Positions 47,253-61,090 of a DNA stretch of 64,000 nucleotides are shown here, in pieces. Source of the DNA: Podarcis erhardii (taxonomy: Eukaryota). A program made the translations under genes and the position numbers. Each line of letters opens with the position of its first letter. Position 1 is the stretch's first letter. Below the pieces are notes generated by a model, which was given only the letters and a program-made list of their open reading frames with translations, was not told where the DNA came from and did not search any database. The DNA lies in the NCBI GenBank assembly GCA_964252035.1, contig OZ176209.1. One strand, given 5' to 3'.

Positions 47253-50139
47253 GTCCCTAAAACTCACTGTGGAGAAAAACTAGAGAGCCTTTGCTGAGAT
47301 ACTGCAAATGCAGTAGCCAGATTAAGAAAACTGAATGGAAAGGTGACTGCTTATCATAGCATGCAAAGATGAATCAAAAGTTGTTTTGCAGATTCCAAAT
47401 GTTCGACTAGATTGTTGCCATGAACAAGAATATGGAAAGTGGCTGTGAGCATATGCAAAGTGCTTTTGCCTCACTGCTTGCTGTTGCTCATTGGAGGAAG
47501 GGCTCATTGGAAGTCAGAGACAATGATTTCCACTTAAGCTTGAGCCCCGGAACCTCTCAATTAAGCAATGCCTAAAGGAAAGGCTGTGTTATGTGAAGGA
47601 GGAGGGGAGCAACAATGCATTAAATCATTGCACTGGAAAGGCAAACAAAAGTGTTTGCATTTTTGGAGCAATCAGTACCCCCTGTACCCTGTACAAATTG
47701 TCACACATTTACTACTTTTCTCTCCTTGATACTTTATGAATAACCGCCTACAGAAAATATGGGTGCAGGAGTCAGAATGTTTGGGAGTTAATCACATCTA
47801 ACTGAACAAGAACAGATGGCGTTTGCCAACAGCTGTATCTTGCTCCAATCAAATTCCAGTGTGTTCTGTTGTTATGAGTGCTGCTTCACACATTACAAAG
47901 TTCTTAGCACAGGCACAACATAGCATAGAAACCGGAAAGAACTGAAGAAATCGGCTGAGAGAGGCAAAGCAAGTTAAGTTCACTGTAGCCTGGAGGCCCA
48001 GTTTGAAATGTCATTGCAGATCACCAATTAAATTTGGCGTATCAAGTCTACTCCCCCTTGGATAATACCCCTATACATCATGATTCCCTCATATGATTTG
48101 GCATGACCATTATTTATTAGTCAGAACATCCAGGACTAAAATATTGTGCAGCCTGAAGCTCAGGAATGAGATGGACGATCTGAAGATAGGGCAGAGTATA
48201 CATTTCCCTCACTTAATTTTATTGTGTTACTGTTCTTTGCTTTAAGAAGACAAAGCTTCCTGGCAGAGCAATTGATTCATTCTGAAAAGAGATGACTAAA
48301 ACACAGATGACAGAACTAGATGAGATGTTTTCTGGACATCCATACAATTCATAATCCTAAGAAACCTGCAGGAATCTATTTCAAACACTGTCATCTATAC
48401 CTTAGCCACTGCCAGTTCTTGCACTTATAGGATCATAACTGTCAAATTACAGGGATACACATGCATCAGCTTAATTGAGAAGTTTCAGCCATGGACAGCT
48501 GACAGCAGAGAAATTATTAAGAGGGGGAATATCTATGTGAACAGGCTGAAAGTTGAGAATACTGTAGAAAGATTTCCACTGCGAGTTACTCAAATTTCTA
48601 CTCTCATGTCAACCTCTTAACAGAGACAACACCTAATCTTTACATCATGGTCTGCAAATCAGGAACATACCACTAGCTTGCATTGTCTCCTGGTCTCCAT
48701 GATTTGCTGCAACCATGATTTCTGAATCAGATTTTTTAAAATAATAAAAGGCTTAGTGAAAACCAGGACTACTTGAAAACCATGATGTTAAACCGTGGTT
48801 TCAGGTGGATTTGCAAACCAGAATTTGGGGCAATCCTGGTTTGCAGAAACCACAGTTAAATCAGACTGACAGATTTTAGTATGCTATACTTAAAAGCAGA
48901 CCACGGAAGAGAGGGGGAATTTGTGCATAAGCCAGCATTGACTAATGTGAATTAATCTAGATTTCAGAAGTCTCTGTTAATGTCATACAGACATATGATT
49001 AAAAATGTTGAGGTTGGAGTGAAGAATTCTACTGCTGTCTTTTGCAATTATTCTGATGTTAAATTCAGCACAGTAAGTTCCCTTGAAGACATGTCTGGGA
49101 ACTTCTTGACTGTGGTGTTCATCATAAGAAACTGATCTAATGTTCTGAATTACTATGATGATGTGGGAAAGGCAAAGGAAGACCCTCCCCCCGTCCAAAA
49201 AACCCCACTACTAACAAATCCTCCTGTATTTTGTGCTTTCTTTCCCCCTTCCAATTTTTTGGGGTTCTCACAAACAGACTTGTGATGGATGGTTATATAC
49301 CTAGACCAGATGGTGCAGAAAAATATCCTGGCGAGGCAGCATGCTAAGCACACCGTGGGGTGCTTCAGATTTCCCAATATATGAATAGTCATCAAAATAT
49401 CTTATGGTATACAAACTAATTCAGAATTACAAGGAATACACATTAGAGGGGATCAGGGGCACTTTATTTGTTTATATTAAAAATAGTAACCACATAGGTT
49501 CTGAGCTTGTTTGTCCCCAGACAATTGTCAAAGAAGGATAATGAATGTCTCTGTCTTGGCTGCAAGATGACATTTAACTAGTAGGCCAGTGATACAGAGT
49601 TGCTGGGAATGCAAACATATTGAAGGTTTTTTTGGATGGGAAACTAGAGCTTCGTCCAGTGATTGAATGATTAACTTAACAGGCACATATAAGAAGAATA
49701 TACTATGGTAACTATGTACTCTTGTGATGGAAATAATAAACAGTTACCAGATATTAAACACTGGGATTAAATGCAACAGCTAATTCAGAAATAGAAGCTT
49801 TGCCAACAATTGAACTGAGGATAGAACTACATGTTCAGCAGAGACTTGAATTACCAGACCCTGCTCTCTATGTAGCTCTGCACAGTGAAAATACAACTGC
49901 TGACAAAAAATACAGGCATTAAGATTAGGCATAGATACTTTAGAGGTGAGGTCAGGTATGGGGGACTCCTTGGTCCTGAATGGGGTAACTGTGTCCCTAA
50001 AAGACCAGGTGCACAGCCTGGGAGTCATTCCGGACTCACAGCTGTAAATGGAGACACAGGTCAGTTTTGTGTCCAGGGCAGCTGTTCACCAGCTCCATCT
50101 GGTACACCAGCTGAGACCCTACCTGCCTGCACATTGTCT

Positions 50140-50687
50140 CACCAGGGTGGTACCTGCTCCAGTTATATCCCACTTGGACTACTGCAATGTGTTCTATGTG
50201 GGGCTACCTTTGAAGGTGACTTGAAAACTACAACTAATCCAGAATGCGGCAGCTAGATTGATGGCTGGGAGTAGCCACCATATAACCATATAACACCAGT
50301 CCCAAAAGAACTATGTTGGCTCACAGTACGTTTCCAAGCACAATTCAGAGTGTTGGTGCTGACCTTTAAAGCCCTAAACGGCTTTGGCCTTGTATACCTG
50401 AAGAAGTACCTCCATCCTCATCATCCAACCCAGACACTGGGATACAGCTCTGAGGGCTTTCTCTTACAGGAAATCAGGCAGAGGGCCTTTTTGGTAGTCA
50501 CGCCCAACCTGTAGAATGCCCTCCCGTCAGATGTCAAGGAGATCTGTGATTTTAAAAAAACTTCTGAGGACAGCCCTGTTCAGGGAAGTGTTTAGTGTTT
50601 GATGTTGGATTGGATTTTTACTATTTTTTGTTGGGAGAAGTCCAGAGTTGCTGGAGCAACCCAGTCAGATGTGTGGCATATAAAAAG

Positions 50688-50722
<35 letters not shown>
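50140..50722 (+). mobile_element. L2 LINE 3' portion with (GTT)12 tail
   Basis: Remnant reading HLDYCNVFYVGLPLKVT*KLQLIQNAAARL and gtgctgacctttaaagccct, then a 3' UTR and the microsatellite at 50687-50722. Confidence 0.85.
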
Positions 50723-51959
50723 ATACAAAGTATACTAATTTAATAAATAGTAAGTTGGCTGCAAGAGTACTTTGACACAGAATCCTCAGGCTGCACACGG
50801 AATTAAAATTCCACAATGCAAATTAAAGTGTTCGCAATATGGTTAATATTATTTAATATACACAATTAACGTATTTAATTAAATATGTAGAATTGAGTCC
50901 CTGACAGAAGAAAAAAGCTGGGAATGTACAAATAATAGTAATAATAATACTAATATTTTTGAAGGCTTCTAGTCAAACTAGTGGAGCCTCTTGTGAAGCC
51001 ATTAAATAAACATAGCCTGTGAAGAAGAAGTGTGCACAATGCTGGACTACCCTCCCCTAGACATCCTCCAAACAGTCCTGGTATGGAGTTGTCTTGGGTT
51101 AGTCTGCAGTACACTCCCCACCCCTCACCTCAAAAGTGAATAAACTGGGGTCGGAGGGAGTTGTGGCCCGGGGAGGGGCGGTTAGGGTAGAAACAACCGG
51201 CTGTTTTTTAAAGTGGAGCCATAGCCTGGATTAAGAATAATCCAGGCAACACCCCACACTGGAAGAGTTTCTAATTGAGAATATTGAAAAGGGAAACATG
51301 CTAAATAAGGAGCAAACCAGAAACGGCAATGCGAAGTCCAGGGACAAAGCCTGAGTGCATTTTCAGACTGTTCAGTCGGAAGCGCACCAGAGGTTGTCTG
51401 AGCAATACAGGAGAGTGGCTGTGGGGATAGGGTGGCAGGGATGACAACTGGGATTGAATGTGATCTCACCAGGCCTTGCTTCTCTTAACTCTTCATCATA
51501 TTTTCCCCCATCATGAGGGGAATGGGATATGAGGCTGTCTGAAATAAGACTCATAACTGGTTACACAAACAGATGATAAAGAGTGCCTCTGAGGATGTGT
51601 TGAGGTCTTCCTCTCTAAGTCTTTTGTCAAGGATCCCAGGAAGAGACAAGACTTTATGGCCTCACTTTGCTATTATCTGGGTCAAGAGGGTTAATGCACC
51701 AAGGAGAGCCCAATAGGTAGCGAGGGACAAGGCAGACGAGCTCCACACTCCTCGTGCCACCCCAGCCAGAGGTACAATGGCGACCCCAAAGAGGAGGAGG
51801 AACCAGTAGTGGTGGAGGCGATTTTGCAACCTGCCTGCGGCCTCCTCCTCAGCCTGCTCCAGAGCCATGCTAATCCCAAAATAATCCCAGTCCTTTCACT
51901 CCTGCTCTAGCAGCCCTCCTCATCCCAACTCCAAGGCACACAAACCCCAAGGTGGAAGA

Positions 51960-52153
51960 AGAAGGAGGAGTCTCAAAGCGGCTAACATTCTCCTTTCCCT
52001 TCCTCCCCCACAACAAACACTCTGTGAGGTGAGTGGGGCTGAGAGACTTCAAAGTGTGACTAGCCCAAGGTCACCCAGAAGCTGCATGTGGAGGAGCGGA
52101 GACGCGAACCCGGTTCCCCAGATTACAAGTCTACCGCTCTTACACCACACTGG
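51960..52153 (-). mobile_element. Squam3-type SINE, second copy
   Basis: Reverse complement of 61860-62070 at high identity; both give nearly the same spurious ORF MKSLSPTHLTECLLWG. Confidence 0.88.
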
Positions 52154-53749
52154 ACCAGCTAGCCAGCCCTCATTTCCCTAAGTGCATCCCAATCTCTGCT
52201 GGGAAGGAAATGCCAGTTGCGGAGAACAGCCCAGGCAAAGCCTGGCCTGGAGATATGGAGCAGGTGACAACTGACCAGATTCCCAGCCACTTCCTTACCT
52301 CCCCCCGCAGCTCAAATCAGGGGACTTTGATGGATTGGGGGAAGAGAGAAAAGGCTTCACGTCTACATTACCCTCTGCTCTTGGCCCTGGCCAAAAGCCC
52401 ACTAGCGAACTGCCTACCTCATCCCCTGAAGCATTGGCTTTCCTAATGAGGCAGGAAATCCGTGGTACTTAGCAAAGGCTCCCATGTGTTGGATCACCCT
52501 GCTTTAGAGAAAGACTTGCTCCTGTTTAGTGGCAGCTTTAGGACTGAAGAAGCTTCATGACTTAGGTTTATATGTGGGTAATTCCAGAAACTGCTGGCCC
52601 GCTCATTGTTCTCTATAATCTTGGCTGAGAAGTGTTTTTAAGGCCTGTGTTTTTAAGGCCTATTTGCGTGGCACAGAATCTTGAGTCAAACAATTTGAGC
52701 CAAGAGTGTGTTGCTCTGGAAAGATCTCTGGGAAATTAAAAACTCGCTCCTAGGGACTTTAGATTCCAGGCACATATTTAACTACTGAAGGAACATTTTA
52801 AAAATGGAGAACTTGTGACAGATCTGATACAAGACAAAAACATTTTAGCACCACAAAAGAGTTCAGGATGTGGTTATCCAAGGTTTTTTCTACCAATGGA
52901 GATAAATTGTCCCACATTCTTAAAAATAATTAAAGCTGACTTGTCCCTGGCAGAGCAATTCCAAAGCAAAGATTGCTGAAGAGGCATTAAACCTGAAAGC
53001 CACAACCCTACATCATGTGATAAAAAATATGAAGCAAGGGAAGCTGCAATAATATTCTTTTTGAGATCTGCTCTACTACTTGTGCCTGAAACCTAGATCT
53101 GCATATAAAAGATCCTTCCAGTGGGATTGATGGGCTCATGGCTCAAAAACCAAGCAGAAATTCAACCAGTTACGAGGCTACAGACTTGGCGATCCATCAT
53201 ATATCTCACCTACTCCATTGTTTTTCCGATAAATATGATTTGGCAGGCAGCTAAGGAACAGTTATGGTGTTTCCAGAAGAAGGATTTCCCCCAGTGCCAG
53301 GTATAGCAGTCACAGGATATACAGGGACTATGCCAATTTCCATTCCAAGGGTCCAAACATTACTAGAGAGACCGACACGAATGTCAGGCTGAATTAATGA
53401 CATGCGCAAATTCTGTTTTCCTAATGTGTAGTTTTCTTGTGATACTCTCTCTCTATTTGGGGTTGGCTTAAAACAGCCATAGGGAAAACAGTCAGCATGA
53501 CAAGGCCTTAGGCTAAAGGGTAGGAAACAATGCCATCATCCCAAAGGGTAAAACTGGAAACCTACACCCCACCCCCGAATAGCTTTCCTGCACATGTGCA
53601 GTTTACACACACTACATTGCACTGATTACAACCATGAGATGTAAGAGCCAAAACAATAAAGCCTAACAATTTATGGAGATATTTCAGACAAGCCTCCCTC
53701 AGAGCCTTCACTTTCTGTGAGGTCTCCCTCCCCTACAGCAAAATTTGTA

Positions 53750-53955
53750 GGTGAGATCTCATCAGGCTGAAGGCACTAGGTGAGTCTCCCTGGGGAGAGC
53801 ATTCCACAAACAGGGAGCCACCACAGAAAAGCCCCGTTCCCATGTAGGAGGTCCATTAAGAAAGGCCTCAGATGATGGTAACAGGGTCCAGGTAGGTTCA
53901 TATAGAGAGTGGCAGTCCTTTAATGATTGCAGTCCTGAACCGTTTAAGGTTTTAT
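53750..53955 (-). mobile_element. L2 LINE fragment
   Basis: ORF 53762..53974 reads LLTYKTLNGSG...FSVVAPCLWNALP, typical of the L2 ORF2 C-terminus. Confidence 0.75.
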
Positions 53956-55869
53956 AGGTCAAAAGAATGTGCAAAACTGGCTGTAAACAGCAGCACTATC
54001 AATGCTGTAGGGGGGGTGAGATTCTACACCTCCTTGGGGATGCTTGTTCCATTGTGGAGGAATATTTTACCCTGCTCAGTGATGGCTCCAACAAGCATTT
54101 TTCTTGTCTTTGTGGACTCCCAACAAGCTTGACTCTCACTACTTCACCAAAAGAGAACGGTCATCTTTTTTAAAGGTTGTCATTCTGATCACCTCAGCTC
54201 ACCACTTGAGATGTGCAGGCCCCTATCCTCACTCTCACCAGTTCTCTAAGCAGTTGAATTAGCTGATGAGACGCAGTGCTCTTTCATGCAGTACACTGAG
54301 ATTGCCTCCTAATATGGAAGAGGAACAGGAGGCTTGGCAGCAGCTGGTGACTAAGGTCAACGCTCCCATTATTCATTCCCTGCTTCATTGTATTAAATTA
54401 AATAAACGTCTGGACAAAGATGAAATCAACATAAACGCATAGAGGCAGCTCAGAACCGGTATACAGGAGATCCCATTTCATTTGCAGGATTCATATCTTC
54501 CATTGTCACACTGCAGACATCAAGCATTTCCATGCAAAAGATCTAAGACTGTGTTGTACTTTCAAGCTTGGGAGCAGATAGTATGACTCTACACCATTAG
54601 GCAGGACTTGTTATAGCGACCAATAATGCTTTACCCTACTTTAAGTGCATCAGGATTTGGCTTCCAACAAGAGCATTAGGTTTAAATAAGTTAGTTTAGT
54701 ACCTTATGAGCCAAAATGCCTTCTTTTTCAAGTCAACTGTTTATTTTAAGCAATTTTATTTTATTTTAAGCAATGTTTTAAGGTACTGATCCATGATGCC
54801 ACCTGCTCACCAAAGATAAAATGCTACCTAATGCTAAGCATCTCTATACACCTCAAACTGGTATTTTCAATCATATCCTTCCATTCAAGGCGACTGCACT
54901 CATGCAGGACTTACTTGGGAGCTATGTGTGTGCTATTAGCCAGCTACGTTACAAGAAAACTGAAAGCATTAAAAGATTAAATCCATCCTTTGCACCCAAG
55001 ATTCCCACCATAATGCTCTTTATTAGGAAGTTAAGACTTAGCAAGTGGCTTAACAGATGGATAAAGCTTTTCGTTTAGATAATCTGCAGGCATATTGCCC
55101 AGTTCGAGACTACAGAATTATGTCAAAAAGGGAACAAAGTAAATGGCTTTGTGGCAGTCCGAGAGTCTTGTCCACAACACCATTTCTCAATTCCATCATG
55201 GTGCTGCCTTCAAATCTTCGCCACATTATGTCATTCAGAGGAACAAACTATTCTGATTCATTTCCCCCACCCCATTCTAGAAATTCCCCCTAAAATGGTC
55301 CTATTCTTAACAACCAAAGGCAGCCACAATCAGCAGGTCTGCTCACCAAATCCAGTGGTCCATTCTTTTAAAAGATCCATTTAAAGTTAGACCAAAACAC
55401 AGAGGAGCTTACAGGTCTCCTTGTGTCCCTTTGAGTGAAGATTGGATCTTCCTCACCTCCTCCTTCCCTTTATCCTACTTAATAGAAACAAGCAGTACTG
55501 ACAGAGAGGAACTGAGCTGCATCAGATTAGGTGCAATAAGGGTTTGGACACCCACATTTGCAGGTAAGTTAACCTAGAAACTTGGGTATCGTGATCCCAT
55601 CATGTCCAAGCCACACTGGTTATAAAGGCACCTTTCACACTGATGCCAATCAGACCCATCTGCATTCAATCCTGCCTCTGCAAACTGCACAAAGGGAGAG
55701 ATTGCAAGAGAACGTGATCCATACAGAGAGGGGGCGCAGGGTGTGAAAAGACCCCATTATGAGGGCCCATCAGCCACATGAAAGCGGACTGGAGGACAGG
55801 TCAACTAGTTAAGAATAAAACAAGTTGGCTTGATTTTTCTGTCACCTTCTTAATTCATTCAGCCTGGAC

Positions 55870-55906
55870 TGATTGATTGATTGATTGATTGATTGATGAT
55901 TGATTG
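55870..55906. repeat. (TGAT)n microsatellite
   Basis: Direct reading; one interruption. Confidence 0.95.
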
Positions 55907-56182
55907 CAGATGAATAACAAACACCTGCCCTTCTCAGTTCTCTTTCCAATGCTGGGAGGAATTCTCTTCTTTGGTTATCACAGCTTTTGCCAGGGAAATA
56001 GGGAGAAATTAAAAATAAAGCTTGGAATGCAAAGGTACTCCCCAACCCACCGGCCGGACTGAATGTCTAGTTTTTGCCACAAGAGTCCTATCTATGTAGT
56101 TTGGGAAAAATACAAATGCGAGAGATTAGGCATTCTCATCTGAAATAAATAACGCTGCACTGCTCAGCCTTGCTACGCATAC

Positions 56183-56407
56183 CGTAAGAGATCCATTCTG
56201 TGTGGTGGCTGTGTTCGTGTTCTGTTCTCCGTGCGCCTGTGTACTCCCGTAGATTGTCAGATTGTGCTCGCTGGTCTGGCCTGCATAGTCCTGAGTGTGG
56301 GGTACGCCATACTCTGTGGGGATCCCATTCTGTGGGGGAGGTGGGAATGGGATTGTTGTGAATGGCTGGACCATCGTGTCAGGAGTGGCTGTCGGCTCCT
56401 GGTTACC
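56183..56407 (-). CDS. RBFOX2: RBFOX2 coding exon, 225 nt, phase 0-0 (GNQEPTATPDTMVQPF...QNGSLT)
   Basis: Acceptor tttttcactcgcag|GGTAAC and donor CTTACG|gtatgc. 75 codons, overlapping ORF 56126..56374. Confidence 0.97.
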
Positions 56408-57718
56408 CTGCGAGTGAAAAAGAAAACAGCATTTAATATGCCATCCGTAAAAAGAGCTCTTTCAACGAACAGTCTTTCAAGGGTCCAGATAAGTTCTCTT
56501 TCATTCCTCAACAACAAGAACATATACTCCCCAAAGAAGCAAGCAATCTTGTCTCCTGGAAACCATCTGCACACATTTTCTTTAGCATGTTTAATGTGTA
56601 ACAATAAGTGATAAGATCAAGTTGTCAAGCTCAAGAGACCCCCCACAATCCTATTAACTGAAGAGAAGCATTCTATCAAACTGAAATACTGGGTTCTTAC
56701 TCATGGCACCAGAACAAAGCTTGTTCTTGTTGCTGTGTTTGTTTTTTTTTAAAGAGGAAAATAAAACTGCAGAATATTACAGCAGATTTGTACCCCGACA
56801 TCTCATTAAACTTTAGAATGGGTATCAGTTGATACATTCTTTGTTTACTAGTACAGACCATCCCTCCTTCACTGTAGTTCAAGGTAGATTGTTTCGAGGT
56901 TACTTAAGGAGCACCTCCACCTATTTGCTGCATAAAGTGCCCTGCCATCTGAGTCAACTCACTACTACTCATTAAGGCATCCTTGTCGGCAAGGGCAGTT
57001 GTAATGACTGCTTACCCCCTAACCCTGCAAACAGTTTGGCTGGGGAACCAGAGAGTGCCGTGTGATCTTCTGTTTAGTAGAAATAAAACAAAATTTCACC
57101 ATCTATATTAATTTGTTTAAAATATGGTAATTATTTTTAGTTTTAGTTTTGCTAGTGTAAGCTGACAATGGAGTTTCAGAATGACACCCAAAGATAAAAA
57201 CTTTAAAATAATAATAATAACATTAGTTAAGTTGACTTCATTATTTCACAACAAAAATCTTCACAGCAGCAGTCAAACAAAACAAAAACATTTTGTTTTT
57301 TATGATTGAAGTGTTTTTGCTGTCCTAACAAATCAAAACCTTAACATTTGACCAAACCTTTTAAAACTGCCTGAGCCTCAGTAGAACCTTCTATCTGTCA
57401 AGCCTCATAAGGCTGAACCCCTCTTGACCTTTAGAAAGCGTTTTTAAAATCCTCAGGTTAGGTAGGTATTTGAATTGATGTGGTAGTGCTTGGTTTTAGC
57501 AGATTTTTACATGTTTTTATAAAATGTACTGGTCTTACTAGATTACTGCTTAACTGTAATGATTCTGTGCACGCATGTTTAATTTTTACCTTTTTACGTT
57601 TTGCATTTTGGCATATTTTATCTTTTTAAAAAATTCTGGGGTTCTCCAGAAACACTAGGAAATAAGAAGCTGCCTTAAATTGAGACTTTGGGCCCATCTA
57701 ACTCAGTAATATTTACAG

Positions 57719-57862
57719 CAGGGGAGCTGAACCTGTGGCCTTTGGGTAGAGATGTTCTTTGGGCTCCAAGTCCCATCATTCCCACCCAGTATAGCTAGTG
57801 GTCAGGAATGATGGAAGCTGAAGTCCAGAAACACTTAGAGGGTCATGGGTAGCCCACACCTC
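57719..57862. mobile_element. hAT-type palindromic MITE, degraded, within Squam2-like remnants
   Basis: caggggagctgaacctgtggcc...cccatcattccc...gtcaggaatgatgga. Confidence 0.6.
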
Positions 57863-59010
57863 ACACCTGGGAGAGCGATTGCAGGTCAAAACAGGAGTTT
57901 TCCCCTCCTCCTTGGAGATACAGAACTGCTACTGAACCTTTTGTATGGATCACTTGTGCTTTATTGTCAAGCTATATAACCTTTGGACTAGACAGCAGAA
58001 CACATTTTAGAAATAAAGGCTTTGAAGATGCCAAATGGAAATCAAACACATAATCACAGTGCCAGTTTACTGTAATGCCACTCCTTGCCTGCTTTTCCAA
58101 GAGAGGAAGGTATGAACAGCAGCGTTGAGAACACTCTCCCCTAATCATAAGCATCACTACTTTCAAACAATGCATTAATTATATTCATCCCAATTTGTGG
58201 TAACCCACAGAGATTGCCATGCCAGTGCACTGGGCTTCTAGTAGCACTTTCCCACAAATGCTGCTTCAGATGTATTAGATGTTTGACAGCTATTAAACAG
58301 ATACGCTAAAAGCCACCCAGAGAACATCAGCCGAGTTCTAGCACTTTAGAATGATGATGAAGCTTTCTCAAGCACATGATTTCCATCACCCAACATGCAC
58401 TCTTGAACAAAAAGAGGTTTTCTTAGAGTCCGCATACTGAAATCAGGAGAATGCACAAGGTATTCTTCAGAATTTAATGCTACGTTGTGAGGAGACAACT
58501 CTAAAAGGCTCCCGCCCTAGCACGAGTCATTTACAATGACTCTGCTGCACAGAGAACATAAAAAGGATGTTAAGGTTTAAATTCAGATTAGACAGTTAGT
58601 TAAAATCCTTCTACCTTAGATCTGAACCACATAGAAAGACAAAAAATCTCTTGAACAGAGACTTTTAAATTGGATCAGTTTACCCAAAAATAAGACTGGG
58701 GTCAACATTTGTCAAAGGAGAACAAAACTCCTTGCAGAAAATCAAGGACATATCTTGCCTTTGCCCACATCAGAGGCAGGCCTCATCTCTCCAATTCATG
58801 GACCATAGCAAAAATCCACTGGCCCTGATAGCTACATAATGGTCAGGAAATAGAAAAGCCTCCAACTGCAGTCCTGTACCCACTTACTTAGGAGCCAGAC
58901 CACTGAATTCAGTGAAACTTTTGAGTAGAAATGTGTAGGATTGCACCGTCAGCCACCTATGGAACTAAGGAAAAGCAAACTTGGCCCCGCAAACCTGCAG
59001 TAGCTGTCCA

Positions 59011-59014
<4 letters not shown>

Positions 59015-59056
<42 letters not shown>
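59015..59056. repeat. (AAT)14 microsatellite
   Basis: Direct reading. Confidence 0.97.
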
Positions 59057-59219
59057 TTTATTTGTACCACACCCTCCCCGGCTGGAGAGGACCATAGAAA
59101 ATGCCACACATGAAAGATACAAGCAAACATGTTGACTCCCATGCTGGTAAAATTGGCTGAAACCAACACAGAATAGGATATACGATAGTTTGCTGATTTG
59201 TCATGGATTTTTTAGCTGT

Positions 59220-59268
59220 GATTCCTACATTGCAAGGTTGGACTAGATGGCCAACTCTACAATTCTAT
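59220..59268 (+). mobile_element. CR1 LINE 3' terminal fragment
   Basis: gattcctacattgcaaggttggactagatggccaactctacaattcta. Confidence 0.65.
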
Positions 59269-60579
59269 ATAATAATAACAGTAATACCATATGATGATGA
59301 TTTTTTAAATTATCATCATATGGTATAGCCCTTCTGGAACTGTGTCACCAAGCAACATGGCAGAGGACTTTCAGTCTGAATAGTTCTCCACAATAAAAGG
59401 AAAAAAGAGGGGGACTACAGCTATTCTAATGAACATGCTAGTTTTCCAGAAGCAAGGAGTCCAGGAGGAACCATGCCAAAAAGGCTGCATCATAAGATCC
59501 CCACCCCCTCCCGCAACACACATTAGCCCTTAGTTATACTGCACTCTGCTTAACTCCGATATTTTTCACATTCCTCCCTCTGGCAACCTAGAGAGATTAG
59601 GTTGTACTGTATTTGCAGAACTGCTTTATAAGTTACTTTTCCCCAACAAAAAGATCAATTTCAGGGTTGGAAAACAAACATGTAGTTTGTACCATATGAA
59701 AGACAACAAGATTGTTTTCTATTTTGCAGGAAAAAGAGACGAGGAAACCAACGTATCCGATCCTTCACTGCATACTTGCAATGCCCTTCATATATTAGAA
59801 AATACATATCCGTACACCTACTACGAAAAATACAGCAGGCTGTATAAAGCATCCTCAGTGTAGATGCAAATAATATGCCTACTCACAGATCTGAAGCAGC
59901 GCAGCTTGTTGCAACACTGAGAAACATAACCCAGAGACAGGGAAATTGTGCTTTAGCATAGCACGGAGGATCACTGTTGGTTTTCTCCAAAGGGAACCAC
60001 TGTACAAAATAGTATTGCAGAAGAACACATGCAGAAGCAGGAGAGGGCTTGAAACGAACTAAGGAAACGTTCTCTGTGCATTATCAAATTGCCTGCAACT
60101 CTCATTTTAGGCAAAATGAAACTATGTTAAATTCAGAATACATCTAGCTAACGCCAGGTCATTCAGACACTGGCTGAATTCCAAATTTGTTCTGACACTA
60201 GCATATCTGGCCAGTGTCCCCTGGGAGTCATGTGATCATGCATGCCTGTAGCAGGGAGAAGGAGAAGGGCATTCAATGATAGCAGCGCACAGAAGGCATA
60301 CAGACAGCCTACACAATGACGACCAGTTTTATTTACTGAATCCCTACAGGACAAAAACACCATGTTTTCTACCTTCACATAAAGTGCTGCTTCTGCATTT
60401 CTATTTTTTTAAAAAAATATTTATTAAGGTTTAACAATTACAAATAAAAGAAAAACAGACTTCTGCATTTCTAAGCCACCAATATTAATTAATTGTTTTC
60501 CAGCTGCCAGTCTCAGTGGTATCTTCTAGCTTATATATGAAACAGGTTTCCCTCCCCCAACTTCCTTTTGTTTACACTG

Positions 60580-60865
60580 CAGGAGTGGGAAACCTGTGGT
60601 CCTCTAGCTCAGTGTTTCCCAACCGTGGGCCTCCAGCTGTTTTTGAACTACAATTCCCATCATCCCTGACCACTGGTCTTGCTAGCTAGGGATGATGGGA
60701 GTTGTAGTCCAAAAACAGCTGGAGGCCCAAGGTTGGGAAACACTGCTCTAGCTGATGCTGAACTGCCACTCCCACCAGCCTCAGCCAGCATGGTCAATGG
60801 TTAGGAATGATGGGAAATGATGTCTAGCAATATCTGAAGTGGGAGGCACAGGTTTCTCACAACTG
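60580..60865. mobile_element. Older related hAT-type MITE hosting 60610-60745
   Basis: caggagtgggaaacctgtgg ... cacaggtttctcacaactg, with an aatgatggga core. Confidence 0.65.
60610..60745. mobile_element. hAT-type palindromic MITE with a perfect 8-bp TSD (ctctagct)
   Basis: TIR cagtgtttcccaacc / ggttgggaaacactg. TSD at 60602-60609 and 60746-60753. Confidence 0.92.
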
Positions 60866-61090
60866 TTCTACAATTTGAACTAAAAAACTAATAACTAAAT
60901 GTTGAGACATAGCTGGTAGATCGATTAGATTTATATACTTTCACACATCAAATGCATACATACAGTGTAATGGTGCTCTCAATATTCCATTCAAAGTAAT
61001 AAAATAAGGAACAAAAAAAACCTTTCAATTTTCAACAGAGTATACATTCCATAGCACTTTCACCTTGCTTAGAATTATGAGGAAAAACCT

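Larger units (their letters stand above)
1..56407 (-). other. RBFOX2: RBFOX2 gene body, partial (first coding exon and last exons outside the window)
   Basis: Eight exons splice in frame into GNQEP...MVQPFTTIPFPPPPQNGIPTEY...[40 protein letters not shown]...PGFPYP...AYPG. The ASSFQADVSLGNDAAVPLSGRGGINTYIPLI exon and IVLQEPIISAKIPQ are diagnostic of RBFOX2 rather than RBFOX1/3. Confidence 0.97.

Noticed and set aside
51182-52480. GC-richer segment with several short ORFs around the Squam3 copy
   Set aside because: No recognisable motif. Probably degraded repeat, but I could not classify it.
56372-56374. ATG of ORF 56126..56374 as the gene start
   Set aside because: It lies inside an internal exon with a good acceptor at 56407, and the frame is open upstream of it.
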